Assembly (NCBI RefSeq): GCF_030384885.1
Contig: NZ_CP128613.1
From: Escherichia coli
Lineage (GTDB): Bacteria; Pseudomonadota; Gammaproteobacteria; Enterobacterales; Enterobacteriaceae
DNA length: 64,000 bases
Direction: 5' to 3' (one strand)
Shown: in pieces, positions 11,469-22,100 of the stretch
Layout: every line of letters begins with the position of its first letter
Numbering within the stretch: position 1 is the stretch's first letter
Notes under the pieces: model-generated
Told to the model about the DNA's origin: nothing
The model's database searches: none
The model's input: only the letters and a program-made list of their open reading frames with translations
Made by a program: the position numbers and the translations under genes

Positions 11469-12911
11469 TTAATGTGAGGTCTGCCGGCGCAGGAAGCGTC
11501 CCGCACGGCCTGTAATATGTTTATCGCGACCATAGCTCATAACGCCGTTCACCATCACCGCCTCAATGCCATCTGCCGGGCGTTTGGGATCAGAAAAGCT
11601 GGCAACATCACGAATGGTTTGTGGATCGAACAACACCAGGTCCGCAAAATAGCCAACTTTCACCAGTCCACGCTGGGGCAGGCGAAAACGGCTGGCAGAA
11701 AGCCCGGTCATTTTGTGGATAGCCGTGGTCAGTGGGAATAAGCCTTCATCACGGCAATAGTGGCCCAGCACACGAGGGAAGGCGCCCCATAAACGTGGAT
11801 GCGGCATGGGATCATTGGGCAGGCCGTCAGAGCCAATCATACTGACCGGATAACTCAACACTCGGCGGACGTCGCGCTCGTCCATGTTGTAATAGATAGC
11901 CCCGGCAGGCATTAGCAGCTTCGCGGCCTCCAGCATACTCATCTGCCAGTCGATGGCGATTTGCGCCAGTGTTTTTCCGGCCTGCTGCGGATGTGTTTGT
12001 GACCAGGTGATCACAATATCGAATTCGTCGGTGACTTGTTTGAGATCCAGCGTTGATGAACTGGCTGAGTAAGGGTAGACATCGCAGCCAATTTCCTGGT
12101 GTTGACGCATTTGGTCAAAAAAAGCCAACGTTTCTTTTGTCCGCCCCCAGTTTTTCGCCCCGGCGCATTTATGGTGGGAAACCACGACAGGCACTTTGCC
12201 ATGACGCCCAATACGAAACGCCTCATCCAGGGCATCGAGAATCGGTTCAAATTCAGAACGCAGATGGGTGGTATAAACGCCCTTCTCACCGGCTAATTCT
12301 TCCGCCAGCGCCATGACTTCTTCGGTAGTCGCCTGAAATGCTGTGGCATAGGCCAGCCCGGAACTTAACCCCAGCGCCCCCTGACTCAACGCCAGACGTA
12401 AGTCGGCACGCATAGCGGCAATTTCATCCACCGTCGCCGGGCGAAACAGGTCGTCCATATGGTTATTACGCAGCGCCGTATGACCAATCAGCGTGCCAAC
12501 GTTCAGTGACGGCCTGGCTGCTTCCACTGCCTGGGCATAGCTTTCAACGGTAGGATAAATAAAGTGCTCTGCTTCCCCCAGCAGATTCATCGGGTCAGGA
12601 ACTTCGCCTTTCATTTTCGCCGACGCCGCACTGATCCCGCAGTTACCGACAATCACCGTGGTGATCCCCTGGCTGATCTTTGGCAGATATTCCGGGATGC
12701 GAATAACGTTGATATCGTCATGGGTATGAACGTCGATAAACCCTGGTGCCAGCACCCGCCCTTCCCCGTCAATGACCTGCTGCGCCGTAACGTTAAGCGC
12801 AGGGGCAATATCGACAATCCGATCACCTGTTATTGCCACGTCACCGCGAAATTCAGGGCCGCCGCTACCGTCGATAACGGTCACATTTTTGATTAACCAG
12901 TCAACCTGCAT
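11469..12911 (-). CDS. N-acyl-D-amino-acid deacylase (D-aminoacylase; metal-dependent amidohydrolase)
   Basis: About 480 aa; N-terminus (VDWLIKNVTVIDGSGG...GFIDVHTHDD) typical of D-aminoacylases; start placed at the ATG with a GGAG upstream, while the track extends to a GTG 3 codons further. Confidence 0.8.
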   Translation of the reverse strand: MQVDWLIKNVTVIDGSGGPEFRGDVAITGDRIVDIAPALNVTAQQVIDGEGRVLAPGFIDVHTHDDINVIRIPEYLPKISQGITTVIVGNCGISAASAKMKGEVPDPMNLLGEAEHFIYPTVESYAQAVEAARPSLNVGTLIGHTALRNNHMDDLFRPATVDEIAAMRADLRLALSQGALGLSSGLAYATAFQATTEEVMALAEELAGEKGVYTTHLRSEFEPILDALDEAFRIGRHGKVPVVVSHHKCAGAKNWGRTKETLAFFDQMRQHQEIGCDVYPYSASSSTLDLKQVTDEFDIVITWSQTHPQQAGKTLAQIAIDWQMSMLEAAKLLMPAGAIYYNMDERDVRRVLSYPVSMIGSDGLPNDPMPHPRLWGAFPRVLGHYCRDEGLFPLTTAIHKMTGLSASRFRLPQRGLVKVGYFADLVLFDPQTIRDVASFSDPKRPADGIEAVMVNGVMSYGRDKHITGRAGRFLRRQTSH

Positions 12912-13111
12912 GTTCGTCACTCCATTTCTGCAATGGTGACAAGTTAACCATTTACAAGGACGAAAAACAGTGGAAAACTACGCAAAACCCAGATGATTTT
13001 CTGATACTTTTATTCATAAATCATAAGATAAATAAACTAAATATTTATATTTCATTTAGTTACAAATGATACTCATATCCGATACGGTGAAAAACTTAAA
13101 AGGTGAATGTT

Positions 13112-14332
13112 ATGAAATACCACTCTGAACCTCTGGTTCCCCATAAATCTGCCCTGATGCAAATGCCCGCAAATCTCCTTGCCGAAGATGTCTGTTTACC
13201 TGCCGCGATCATTAAAAAGCAGGCCCTGGAGAACAACATTACGTGGATGCAGCGTTATGCTGACGCGCGCGGCGTTTCACTGGCACCGCACGGTAAAACG
13301 ACCATGACGCCGTGGATTTTTCAGGCGCAGCAGGCCGCAGGTGCCTGGGCAATAGGTGTCGGTAGCGCATGGCAGGCTGGTGCGGCAATGGCGAGCGGTA
13401 TTCAGCGAGTGCTGATGGTTAACCAGTTGGTCGGCAAGGCGAATATGCAGTTGATTGCCCAGTTGCAACGGCATTACCCGACGGTCGATTTTATCTGCTG
13501 TATCGACAGCATTGAGAACGCCCGCGCTTTGTCTGCCTTTTTTGCCAGTCAGCAACAGACACTGAACGTGATGATTGAGTTGGGTGTTCCCGGCGGACGC
13601 TGTGGTTGCCGCTCAACGGATGCCGCACTGGCACTGGCTAAACAGGCGGCCCAATTACCAGGGCTACGTCTGCGCGGGCTTGAGTTATATGAAGGTGTTT
13701 TACACGGTGACGATCCACAACCGCAGGTAGAAGCACTGCTGCGGGATGCCGCACAACTGGCCTGTGATATGGCAAGTCTGGTTGATGGCGAGTTTATTCT
13801 CACCGGAGCAGGCACTGTCTGGTATGACGTGGTGTGCAATATCTGGCTGGCGGCAGAAAAGCCTGATAACTGCCGCATTGTTATTCGCCCTGGCTGCTAC
13901 ATCACTCACGACACCGGGATCTACGACGCGGCACAACAACAGTTGCTTGCCCGCGATCCTGTGGCCTGCGATCTGGCAGGCGATCTCACATCTGCGCTGG
14001 AACTGGTCGCCATGGTGCAATCGGTGCCGGAAGCTGATCGTGCGGTGGTAAATTTTGGTAAGCGTGATTGCGCCTTCGACGCCGGACTGCCGCAACCAGT
14101 CGCCCACTATCGCAACGGCAAATCACTGGCATTTGATCCACAGGCGATTCGCAGTACAGGCATTATGGATCAGCACTGCATGTTGCAACTGTCAGCTAAT
14201 AGCGACGTGCAAGTGGGGGATATTCTGGTGTTTGGCACATCGCATCCGTGCCTGACCTTCGACAAATGGAAAACGTTGTTATTGGCTGATGACGACTACA
14301 ACGTACTGGCGGAATTAGACACTCTCTTCTAA
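13112..14332 (+). CDS. DSD1-family PLP enzyme (alanine-racemase-N-like; D-serine / D-threo-3-hydroxyaspartate dehydratase or D-threonine aldolase type)
   Basis: About 406 aa; PLP-lysine motif APHGKT near the N-terminus; start ATG 13112 preceded by AGGTGA; divergent from the deacylase operon. Confidence 0.7.
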   Translation: MKYHSEPLVPHKSALMQMPANLLAEDVCLPAAIIKKQALENNITWMQRYADARGVSLAPHGKTTMTPWIFQAQQAAGAWAIGVGSAWQAGAAMASGIQRVLMVNQLVGKANMQLIAQLQRHYPTVDFICCIDSIENARALSAFFASQQQTLNVMIELGVPGGRCGCRSTDAALALAKQAAQLPGLRLRGLELYEGVLHGDDPQPQVEALLRDAAQLACDMASLVDGEFILTGAGTVWYDVVCNIWLAAEKPDNCRIVIRPGCYITHDTGIYDAAQQQLLARDPVACDLAGDLTSALELVAMVQSVPEADRAVVNFGKRDCAFDAGLPQPVAHYRNGKSLAFDPQAIRSTGIMDQHCMLQLSANSDVQVGDILVFGTSHPCLTFDKWKTLLLADDDYNVLAELDTLF

Positions 14333-14337
14333 GAATA

Positions 14338-14370
14338 CCCCTTCGGTTAATTATCGAAGGGGCATTTTTA
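14338..14370 (+). terminator. Rho-independent terminator after the DSD1-family gene
   Basis: CCCCTTCG-N9-CGAAGGGG followed by a T-run. Confidence 0.6.
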
Positions 14371-14415
14371 TTGTGATCTCAATCACATATCCACCCGACG
14401 AATAATTCTTGCCCA

Positions 14416-14444
14416 ACCGCTTACCGCCATTCCTGACCGCTTAC
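14416..14444. promoter_or_regulatory. Direct repeat ACCGCTTAC-N11-ACCGCTTAC upstream of btsT; candidate BtsR (YehT) response-regulator operator
   Basis: Two identical 9-mers about 160-185 bp upstream of the btsT start; resembles the ACC(G/A)CT(C/T)A direct-repeat site described for YehT at the yjiY promoter. Confidence 0.6.
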
Positions 14445-14599
14445 GTCCCTAAAATAACCACTCAGTTATTTACCTTACTTTACGCGCGCGTAACTCTGGC
14501 AACATCACTGCAGGATAGCGGTCAATTTACCTCCTCAAACGCAACGCAAACCTAGAACGGCTTCGGCCAACTATTAATCAATACATGCCAGGTTTTACT

Positions 14600-16750
14600 A
14601 TGGATACTAAAAAGATATTCAAGCACATACCCTGGGTGATTCTCGGAATCATCGGTGCATTCTGCCTCGCGGTAGTTGCATTACGTCGGGGGGAGCACGT
14701 CAGTGCCCTGTGGATCGTGGTCGCCTCTGTGTCGGTGTATCTGGTGGCTTATCGCTACTACAGTCTGTACATCGCCCAGAAAGTGATGAAACTCGACCCC
14801 ACGCGCGCGACGCCTGCGGTTATTAACAATGACGGTCTGAACTATGTTCCGACCAACCGTTACGTGTTGTTTGGTCACCACTTCGCCGCTATCGCCGGTG
14901 CGGGTCCGCTGGTTGGTCCGGTTCTCGCCGCGCAGATGGGCTACCTGCCTGGCACTCTGTGGCTGCTGGCGGGGGTAGTGCTGGCCGGTGCGGTACAGGA
15001 CTTTATGGTGCTGTTTATCTCCTCTCGCCGTAACGGTGCATCTCTCGGTGAGATGATCAAAGAAGAGATGGGGCCAGTGCCGGGGACTATCGCGCTGTTT
15101 GGCTGTTTCTTAATCATGATCATCATCCTCGCCGTTCTGGCGCTGATTGTGGTTAAAGCCCTGGCCGAAAGTCCGTGGGGTGTCTTCACCGTTTGCTCAA
15201 CCGTACCAATTGCGCTGTTTATGGGTATCTACATGCGCTTTATCCGTCCGGGACGTGTAGGTGAAGTCTCTGTTATTGGTATCGTGCTGCTGGTTGCCTC
15301 TATCTACTTCGGTGGCGTAATTGCTCACGATCCGTACTGGGGTCCGGCACTGACCTTTAAAGACACCACCATTACCTTCGCGCTGATTGGCTATGCGTTT
15401 GTTTCCGCACTGCTGCCGGTGTGGCTGATCCTCGCACCGCGCGACTATCTGGCAACCTTCCTGAAAATCGGCGTTATCGTCGGCCTGGCGCTGGGTATCG
15501 TGGTGTTGAACCCGGAACTGAAAATGCCTGCGATGACGCAGTACATTGACGGTACTGGCCCGCTGTGGAAAGGCGCTCTGTTCCCGTTCCTGTTCATCAC
15601 CATCGCCTGTGGTGCGGTATCTGGCTTCCACGCGCTGATCTCTTCCGGTACGACGCCGAAACTGCTGGCTAACGAAACCGACGCGCGTTTCATTGGCTAC
15701 GGCGCAATGCTGATGGAGTCCTTCGTGGCGATTATGGCGCTGGTTGCTGCATCCATCATCGAACCGGGTCTTTACTTCGCGATGAATACCCCGCCTGCGG
15801 GCCTTGGCATCACCATGCCTAACCTGCATGAAATGGGTGGCGAGAACGCGCCGATCATCATGGCGCAGCTGAAAGACGTTACCGCACACGCGGCAGCGAC
15901 TGTCAGCTCCTGGGGCTTCGTGATTTCGCCAGAGCAGATCCTGCAAACCGCGAAAGACATTGGTGAGCCTTCTGTCCTGAACCGTGCAGGTGGTGCGCCG
16001 ACGCTGGCGGTAGGTATCGCTCACGTGTTCCACAAAGTGCTGCCGATGGCTGACATGGGCTTCTGGTATCACTTCGGTATTCTGTTCGAAGCCCTGTTCA
16101 TCCTGACCGCGCTGGATGCGGGTACCCGTTCTGGCCGCTTTATGCTGCAAGACCTGCTGGGTAACTTCATCCCGTTCCTGAAAAAAACCGATTCTCTGGT
16201 TGCCGGTATCATCGGTACTGCGGGCTGTGTGGGTCTGTGGGGCTACCTGCTGTATCAGGGCGTGGTCGATCCGCTGGGCGGCGTTAAGAGCCTGTGGCCG
16301 CTGTTCGGTATCTCCAACCAGATGCTGGCAGCCGTAGCGCTGGTACTGGGCACCGTTGTGCTGATTAAGATGAAGCGCACCCAATACATCTGGGTGACTG
16401 TTGTTCCGGCTGTATGGCTGCTTATCTGCACCACCTGGGCGCTGGGCCTGAAACTGTTCAGCACCAACCCGCAGATGGAAGGCTTCTTCTATATGGCAAG
16501 CCAGTACAAAGAGAAGATTGCTAACGGTACTGACCTGACGGCACAGCAGATTGCCAACATGAACCACATCGTTGTGAACAACTACACCAACGCGGGCCTG
16601 AGTATTCTGTTCCTGATTGTGGTGTACAGCATCATCTTCTACGGTTTCAAAACCTGGTTGAAGGTGCGTAACAGCGACAAACGTACTGACAAAGAAACAC
16701 CGTACGTTCCAATCCCGGAAGGCGGCGTGAAGATCTCTTCGCACCACTAA
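14600..16750 (+). CDS. btsT: Pyruvate/H+ symporter BtsT (CstA family)
   Basis: 716 aa from ATG (MDTKKIFKHIPWVILG...); large polytopic CstA-family transporter; recognised as BtsT/YjiY. Confidence 0.92.
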   Translation: MDTKKIFKHIPWVILGIIGAFCLAVVALRRGEHVSALWIVVASVSVYLVAYRYYSLYIAQKVMKLDPTRATPAVINNDGLNYVPTNRYVLFGHHFAAIAGAGPLVGPVLAAQMGYLPGTLWLLAGVVLAGAVQDFMVLFISSRRNGASLGEMIKEEMGPVPGTIALFGCFLIMIIILAVLALIVVKALAESPWGVFTVCSTVPIALFMGIYMRFIRPGRVGEVSVIGIVLLVASIYFGGVIAHDPYWGPALTFKDTTITFALIGYAFVSALLPVWLILAPRDYLATFLKIGVIVGLALGIVVLNPELKMPAMTQYIDGTGPLWKGALFPFLFITIACGAVSGFHALISSGTTPKLLANETDARFIGYGAMLMESFVAIMALVAASIIEPGLYFAMNTPPAGLGITMPNLHEMGGENAPIIMAQLKDVTAHAAATVSSWGFVISPEQILQTAKDIGEPSVLNRAGGAPTLAVGIAHVFHKVLPMADMGFWYHFGILFEALFILTALDAGTRSGRFMLQDLLGNFIPFLKKTDSLVAGIIGTAGCVGLWGYLLYQGVVDPLGGVKSLWPLFGISNQMLAAVALVLGTVVLIKMKRTQYIWVTVVPAVWLLICTTWALGLKLFSTNPQMEGFFYMASQYKEKIANGTDLTAQQIANMNHIVVNNYTNAGLSILFLIVVYSIIFYGFKTWLKVRNSDKRTDKETPYVPIPEGGVKISSHH

Positions 16751-16758
16751 CCGTGTTT

Positions 16759-16784
16759 AGCCCCGCTTCGGCGGGGCTTTGTTC
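16759..16784 (+). terminator. GC-rich hairpin (AGCCCCGC-TTCG-GCGGGGCT) after btsT; terminator or attenuator before yjiX
   Basis: Stem-loop with GNRA-like loop followed by a T-rich stretch. Confidence 0.5.
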
Positions 16785-16799
16785 TTATCAGAGTGAACT

Positions 16800-17003
16800 A
16801 TGTTTGGTAACTTAGGACAGGCAAAAAAATATCTCGGCCAGGCGGCAAAGATGTTGATTGGCATTCCAGACTACGACAACTACGTCGAGCATATGAAGAC
16901 CAACCATCCCGACAAGCCGTACATGAGCTATGAAGAATTCTTCCGCGAACGCCAGAACGCGCGCTACGGCGGCGATGGTAAAGGCGGTATGCGCTGTTGT
17001 TAA
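16800..17003 (+). CDS. yjiX: Small protein YjiX (DUF466)
   Basis: 67-aa ORF ([21 protein letters not shown]...) recognised as YjiX; conserved position after btsT. Confidence 0.85.
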
Positions 17004-17013
17004 TGGAGAGAGC

Positions 17014-17970
17014 ATGAACCCGATTGCAGTTACCCTACTCACCGGTTTTTTAGGCGCAGGCAAAACCACCCTGCTGCGCCATATTCTTAATGAACAGCAC
17101 GGCTACAAAATTGCCGTGATTGAAAACGAATTCGGCGAAGTCTCCGTTGATGATCAACTGATTGGCGACCGCGCCACGCAGATCAAAACGCTGACCAACG
17201 GCTGCATCTGTTGTTCGCGCTCCAACGAGCTGGAGGACGCGCTACTCGACCTGCTGGATAATCTCGACAAGGGCAATATTCAGTTCGACCGTCTGGTCAT
17301 TGAATGCACAGGCATGGCCGATCCCGGCCCGATTATTCAGACCTTTTTCTCCCATGAGATTTTATGCCAGCGTTACCTGCTGGACGGCGTGATTGCGCTG
17401 GTGGATGCGGTACATGCCGATGAGCAGATGAACCAGTTCACCATCGCCCAGTCACAGGTTGGCTACGCCGACCGCATTCTGCTGACCAAAACCGACGTCG
17501 CAGGCGAAGCAGAAAAACTGCGTGAACGCCTGGCGCGCATCAACGCCCGCGCACCGGTCTACACCGTCACCCACGGCGACATCGATCTGGGCCTGCTGTT
17601 CAACACCAACGGTTTTATGCTGGAAGAAAACGTCGTCAGCACCAAACCACGTTTCCACTTTATCGCGGATAAACAAAACGATATTTCGTCGATTGTGGTG
17701 GAACTGGATTACCCGGTAGATATCAGCGAAGTTTCCCGCGTGATGGAAAACCTGCTGCTGGAGTCGGCGGATAAACTGCTACGTTACAAAGGGATGCTGT
17801 GGATTGACGGCGAACCTAATCGCCTGTTGTTCCAGGGCGTCCAGCGCCTCTACAGCGCCGACTGGGACCGCCCGTGGGGCGATGAAAAACCGCATAGCAC
17901 TATGGTGTTTATCGGGATTCAGCTGCCGGAGGATGAGATTCGGGCAGCGTTTGCGGGGTTGAGGAAGTAA
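17014..17970 (+). CDS. yjiA: GTPase YjiA (COG0523 / CobW-like G3E metallochaperone family)
   Basis: 318 aa from ATG preceded by GGAGAG; P-loop GFLGAGKTT and GCICCS metal-binding motif; the track ORF starts further upstream and overlaps yjiX. Confidence 0.92.
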   Translation: MNPIAVTLLTGFLGAGKTTLLRHILNEQHGYKIAVIENEFGEVSVDDQLIGDRATQIKTLTNGCICCSRSNELEDALLDLLDNLDKGNIQFDRLVIECTGMADPGPIIQTFFSHEILCQRYLLDGVIALVDAVHADEQMNQFTIAQSQVGYADRILLTKTDVAGEAEKLRERLARINARAPVYTVTHGDIDLGLLFNTNGFMLEENVVSTKPRFHFIADKQNDISSIVVELDYPVDISEVSRVMENLLLESADKLLRYKGMLWIDGEPNRLLFQGVQRLYSADWDRPWGDEKPHSTMVFIGIQLPEDEIRAAFAGLRK

Positions 17971-17978
17971 GGGGTTAT

Positions 17979-18009
17979 GGGCCGGATAAGGCGCAGCCGC
18001 ATCCGGCCT
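17979..18009. repeat. REP element between yjiA and mrr
   Basis: GCCGGATAAGGCGCAGCCGCATCCGGC, a typical E. coli REP palindrome. Confidence 0.6.
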
Positions 18010-18015
18010 GATATT

Positions 18016-18930
18016 TCACTCAAAATAGTCCATATCCAGTTTCGGCACCTTCAACAAACGTGAAGAAACCCCTACTTCGTTTTCGATCATTAAGTGCACC
18101 AGGCGTTCCCCATCAACCAACACCATACCCTCGACGGATTGGGCAAAGTCACGCGCCTGAGAAGTAAATCCAGAAGTGGTAATAAACACCCCACGTTTCG
18201 CTTTTTGCCCAGCCAGTGCGCCGTAAAATGCCTGTAATTCTGGCCTGCCTACAGTATTCTGCCAACGTTTTGCCTGAACATAAACTTTCTCCAGGCCAAG
18301 TTTATCAAGCGATATCACACCATCGATGCCACCATCTCCAGTACCGCCAACACGCTGCAAATCATCACGGTGGCCGCCATACCCCAGGCGATGCAAAACA
18401 TCCAGAACAATGACTTCAAAGCGCGAAGGAGAAACCTGCAATAAGTTTTCCAGAACCTCATCAGCCACCGCATCACGAAGCTCTTTTAGCGCCTGATCTA
18501 ACCGATCGTCCGGGCTGCTCTTTGCAAGTTCTTCATGATCGGGAGAGTCGGCTTTCGGATCTAAATCGACGGCATCCGGCCGTGACTTAAGTTTGACATT
18601 CACAAAAGCGAAGGCCAGATGGTTCGTCTCCTGCTCCGTCATTGGCTGGGGATGAGACGCAACCCAGTCAAAACCCGCAGGAGTCAGGCACCATTTGCCA
18701 CGCGACAAACTTTGCGACAACCCGGCACGTTTTAAACGGTCATGCGCCCAGCCTGCACGATTTTTATAAACAAGTTGTCCGCTGGTAATGACTTTCGCTC
18801 GCTGGCTGTCATCCAGTCCTAATGCATCCGCGGCAGCCTCATGAACATCACGCGCGGCTGCACCTTCCGGTTTTGTTGCCAGATAACGCAGAACAGGTTC
18901 AATAAATTTGTCATAGGTAGGAACCGTCAT
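18016..18930 (-). CDS. mrr: Mrr modification-dependent restriction endonuclease
   Basis: 304-aa ORF recognised as Mrr (MTVPTYDKFIEPVLRYL...); N-terminal winged helix and C-terminal Mrr nuclease domain. Confidence 0.92.
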   Translation of the reverse strand: MTVPTYDKFIEPVLRYLATKPEGAAARDVHEAAADALGLDDSQRAKVITSGQLVYKNRAGWAHDRLKRAGLSQSLSRGKWCLTPAGFDWVASHPQPMTEQETNHLAFAFVNVKLKSRPDAVDLDPKADSPDHEELAKSSPDDRLDQALKELRDAVADEVLENLLQVSPSRFEVIVLDVLHRLGYGGHRDDLQRVGGTGDGGIDGVISLDKLGLEKVYVQAKRWQNTVGRPELQAFYGALAGQKAKRGVFITTSGFTSQARDFAQSVEGMVLVDGERLVHLMIENEVGVSSRLLKVPKLDMDYFE

Positions 18931-19117
18931 AGTACATCCTTGCAGAATCAGGTAGATGTTTTTCGGCTACTATAACACTACCAAAATAGACGAACACGTT
19001 AGAAATGAGTCAGTTGCTGTGACCGTGGTCATTGCCCGGAAAGGTACAGAAAGCTAAGATGAGATGTTATGGGCCTTAAATATTTGGACAGGCCCGCACA
19101 GCAATGGATTAATAACA

Positions 19118-22100
19118 ATGATGAATAAATCCAATTTTGAATTCCTGAAGGGCGTCAACGACTTCACTTATGCCATCGCCTGTGCGGCGGAAAATAACTA
19201 CCCGGATGATCCCAACACGACGCTGATTAAAATGCGTATGTTTGGCGAAGCCACAGCGAAACATCTTGGTCTGTTACTCAACATCCCCCCTTGTGAGAAT
19301 CAACACGATCTCCTGCGCGAACTCGGCAAAATCGCCTTCGTTGATGACAACATCCTCTCTGTATTTCACAAATTACGCCGCATTGGTAACCAGGCGGTGC
19401 ACGAATATCATAACGATCTCGACGATGCCCAGATGTGCCTGCGGCTCGGGTTCCGCCTGGCTGTCTGGTACTACCGTCTGGTCACCAAAGATTATGACTT
19501 CCCGGTGCCGGTGTTTGTGTTGCCGGAACGTGGTGAAAACCTCTATCACCAGGAAGTGCTGACGCTAAAACAACAGCTTGAACAGCAGGCGCGAGAAAAA
19601 GCGCAGACTCAGGCGGAAGTGGAAGCGCAACAGCAGAAGCTGGTTGCCCTGAACGGCTATATCGCCATTCTGGAAGGCAAGCAGCAGGAAACCGAAGCGC
19701 AAACCCTGGCTCGCCTTGCGGCACTGGAAGCACAGCTCGCCGAGAAGAACGCGGAACTGGCAAAACAGACCGAACAGGAACGTAAGGCTTACCACAAAGA
19801 AATTACCGATCAGGCCATCAAGCGCACACTCAACCTTAGCGAAGAAGAGAGTCGCTTCCTGATTGACGCGCAACTGCGTAAAGCAGGCTGGCAGGCCGAC
19901 AGCAAAACCCTGCGCTTCTCCAAAGGCGCACGCCCTGAACCCGGCGTCAATAAAGCCATTGCTGAATGGCCGACCGGCAAAGATGAAACGGGTAATCAGG
20001 GCTTTGCGGATTATGTGCTGTTTGTCGGCCTCAAACCCATCGCGGTGGTAGAGGCGAAACGTAAAAATATCGACGTTCCCGGCAAGCTCAATGAGTCTTA
20101 TCGCTACAGCAAATGCTTCGATAATGGCTTCCTGCGGGAAACCTTGCTTGAGCACTACTCACCGGATGAAGTGCATGAAGCGGTGCCGGAGTATGAAACC
20201 AGCTGGCAGGACACCAGCGGCCAACAACGGTTTAAAATCCCCTTCTGCTACTCGACCAACGGGCGCGAATACCGCGCAGCAATGAAAACTAAAAGCGGCA
20301 TCTGGTATCGCGACGTGCGTGATACCCGTAATATGTCGAAAGCCTTACCCGAGTGGCATCGCCCGGAAGAGCTGCTGGAAATGCTCGGCAGTGAACCGCA
20401 AAAACAGAATCAGTGGTTTGCCGATAACCCTGGCATGAGCGAGCTGGGCCTGCGTTATTATCAGGAAGATGCCGTCCGCGCGGTTGAAAAGGCAATCGTC
20501 AAGGGTCAACAAGAGATCCTGCTGGCGATGGCGACCGGTACCGGTAAAACCCGTACGGCAATCGCCATGATGTTCCGCCTGATCCAGTCCCAACGTTTTA
20601 AACGCATTCTCTTCCTTGTGGATCGCCGTTCTCTTGGCGAGCAGGCGCTGGGGGCGTTTGAAGATACGCGTATTAACGGCGACACCTTCAACAGCATTTT
20701 CGACATTAAAGGTCTGACGGATAAATTCCCGGAAGACAGCACCAAAATTCACGTTGCCACCGTACAGTCGCTGGTGAAACGCACCCTGCAATCAGATGAA
20801 CCAATGCCGGTGGCCCGTTACGACTGTATCGTCGTTGACGAAGCGCATCGCGGCTATATTCTCGATAAAGAGCAGACCGAAGGCGAGCTGCAGTTCCGCA
20901 GCCAGCTGGATTACGTCTCTGCCTACCGTCGCATTCTCGATCACTTCGATGCGGTAAAAATCGCCCTCACCGCCACCCCGGCGCTGCATACGGTGCAGAT
21001 TTTCGGCGAGCCGGTTTACCGTTATACCTACCGTACCGCGGTTATCGACGGTTTTCTGATCGACCAGGATCCGCCGATCCAAATCACCACCCGCAACGCC
21101 CAGGAGGGAGTTTATCTCGCCAAAGGCGAGCAGGTTGAGCGCATCAGCCCGCAGGGGGAAGTGATCAACGACACCCTGGAAGACGATCAGGATTTTGAGG
21201 TCGCCGACTTTAACCGTGGCCTGGTGATCCCGGCGTTTAACCGCGCCGTCTGTAACGAACTCACCAACTACCTTGACCCGACCGGGTTACAAAAAACGCT
21301 GGTCTTCTGCGTCACTAATGCTCATGCCGATATGGTGGTGGAAGAGCTGCGTGCCGCGTTCAAGAAAAAGTATCCGCAACTGGAGCACGACGCGATCATC
21401 AAGATCACTGGTGATGCCGATAAAGACGCGCGCAAAGTGCAGACCATGATCACCCGCTTCAATAAAGAGCGGCTGCCCAATATCGTGGTAACCGTCGACC
21501 TGCTGACGACCGGCGTCGATATTCCGTCGATCTGTAATATCGTGTTCCTGCGTAAAGTACGCAGCCGCATTCTGTACGAACAGATGAAAGGCCGCGCCAC
21601 GCGCTTATGCCCGGAGGTGAATAAAACCAGCTTTAAGATTTTTGACTGTGTCGATATCTACAGCACGCTGGAGAGCGTCGACACCATGCGTCCGGTGGTG
21701 GTGCGTCCGAAGGTGGAACTGCAAACGCTGGTCAACGAAATTACCGATTCAGAAACCTATAAAATCACCGAAGCGGATGGCCGCAGTTTTGCCGAGCACA
21801 GCCATGAACAACTGGTGGCGAAGCTCCAGCGCATCATCGGCCTGGCCACGTTTAACCGTGACCGCAGCGAAACGATAGATAAACAGGTGCGTCGTCTGGA
21901 TGAGCTATGCCAGGACGCGGCGGGCGTGAACTTTAACGGCTTCGCCTCGCGCCTGCGTGAAAAAGGGCCGCACTGGAGCGCCGAAGTCTTTAACAAACTG
22001 CCTGGCTTTATCGCCCGTCTGGAAAAGCTGAAAACGGACATCAACAACCTGAATGATGCGCCGATCTTCCTCGATATCGACGATGAAGTGGTGAGTGTAA

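Noticed and set aside
15197-16747. 516-aa ORF antisense to btsT
   Set aside because: Lies entirely within and opposite to a well-conserved transporter gene; translation is low-complexity and rich in Arg/His/Gln, typical of a spurious antisense frame in GC-rich coding DNA
19064-19117. 18-codon N-terminal extension of hsdR from an upstream ATG
   Set aside because: The recognised HsdR N-terminus begins at the ATG-ATG at 19118; the extension is probably untranslated leader, though an alternative start cannot be excluded from sequence alone
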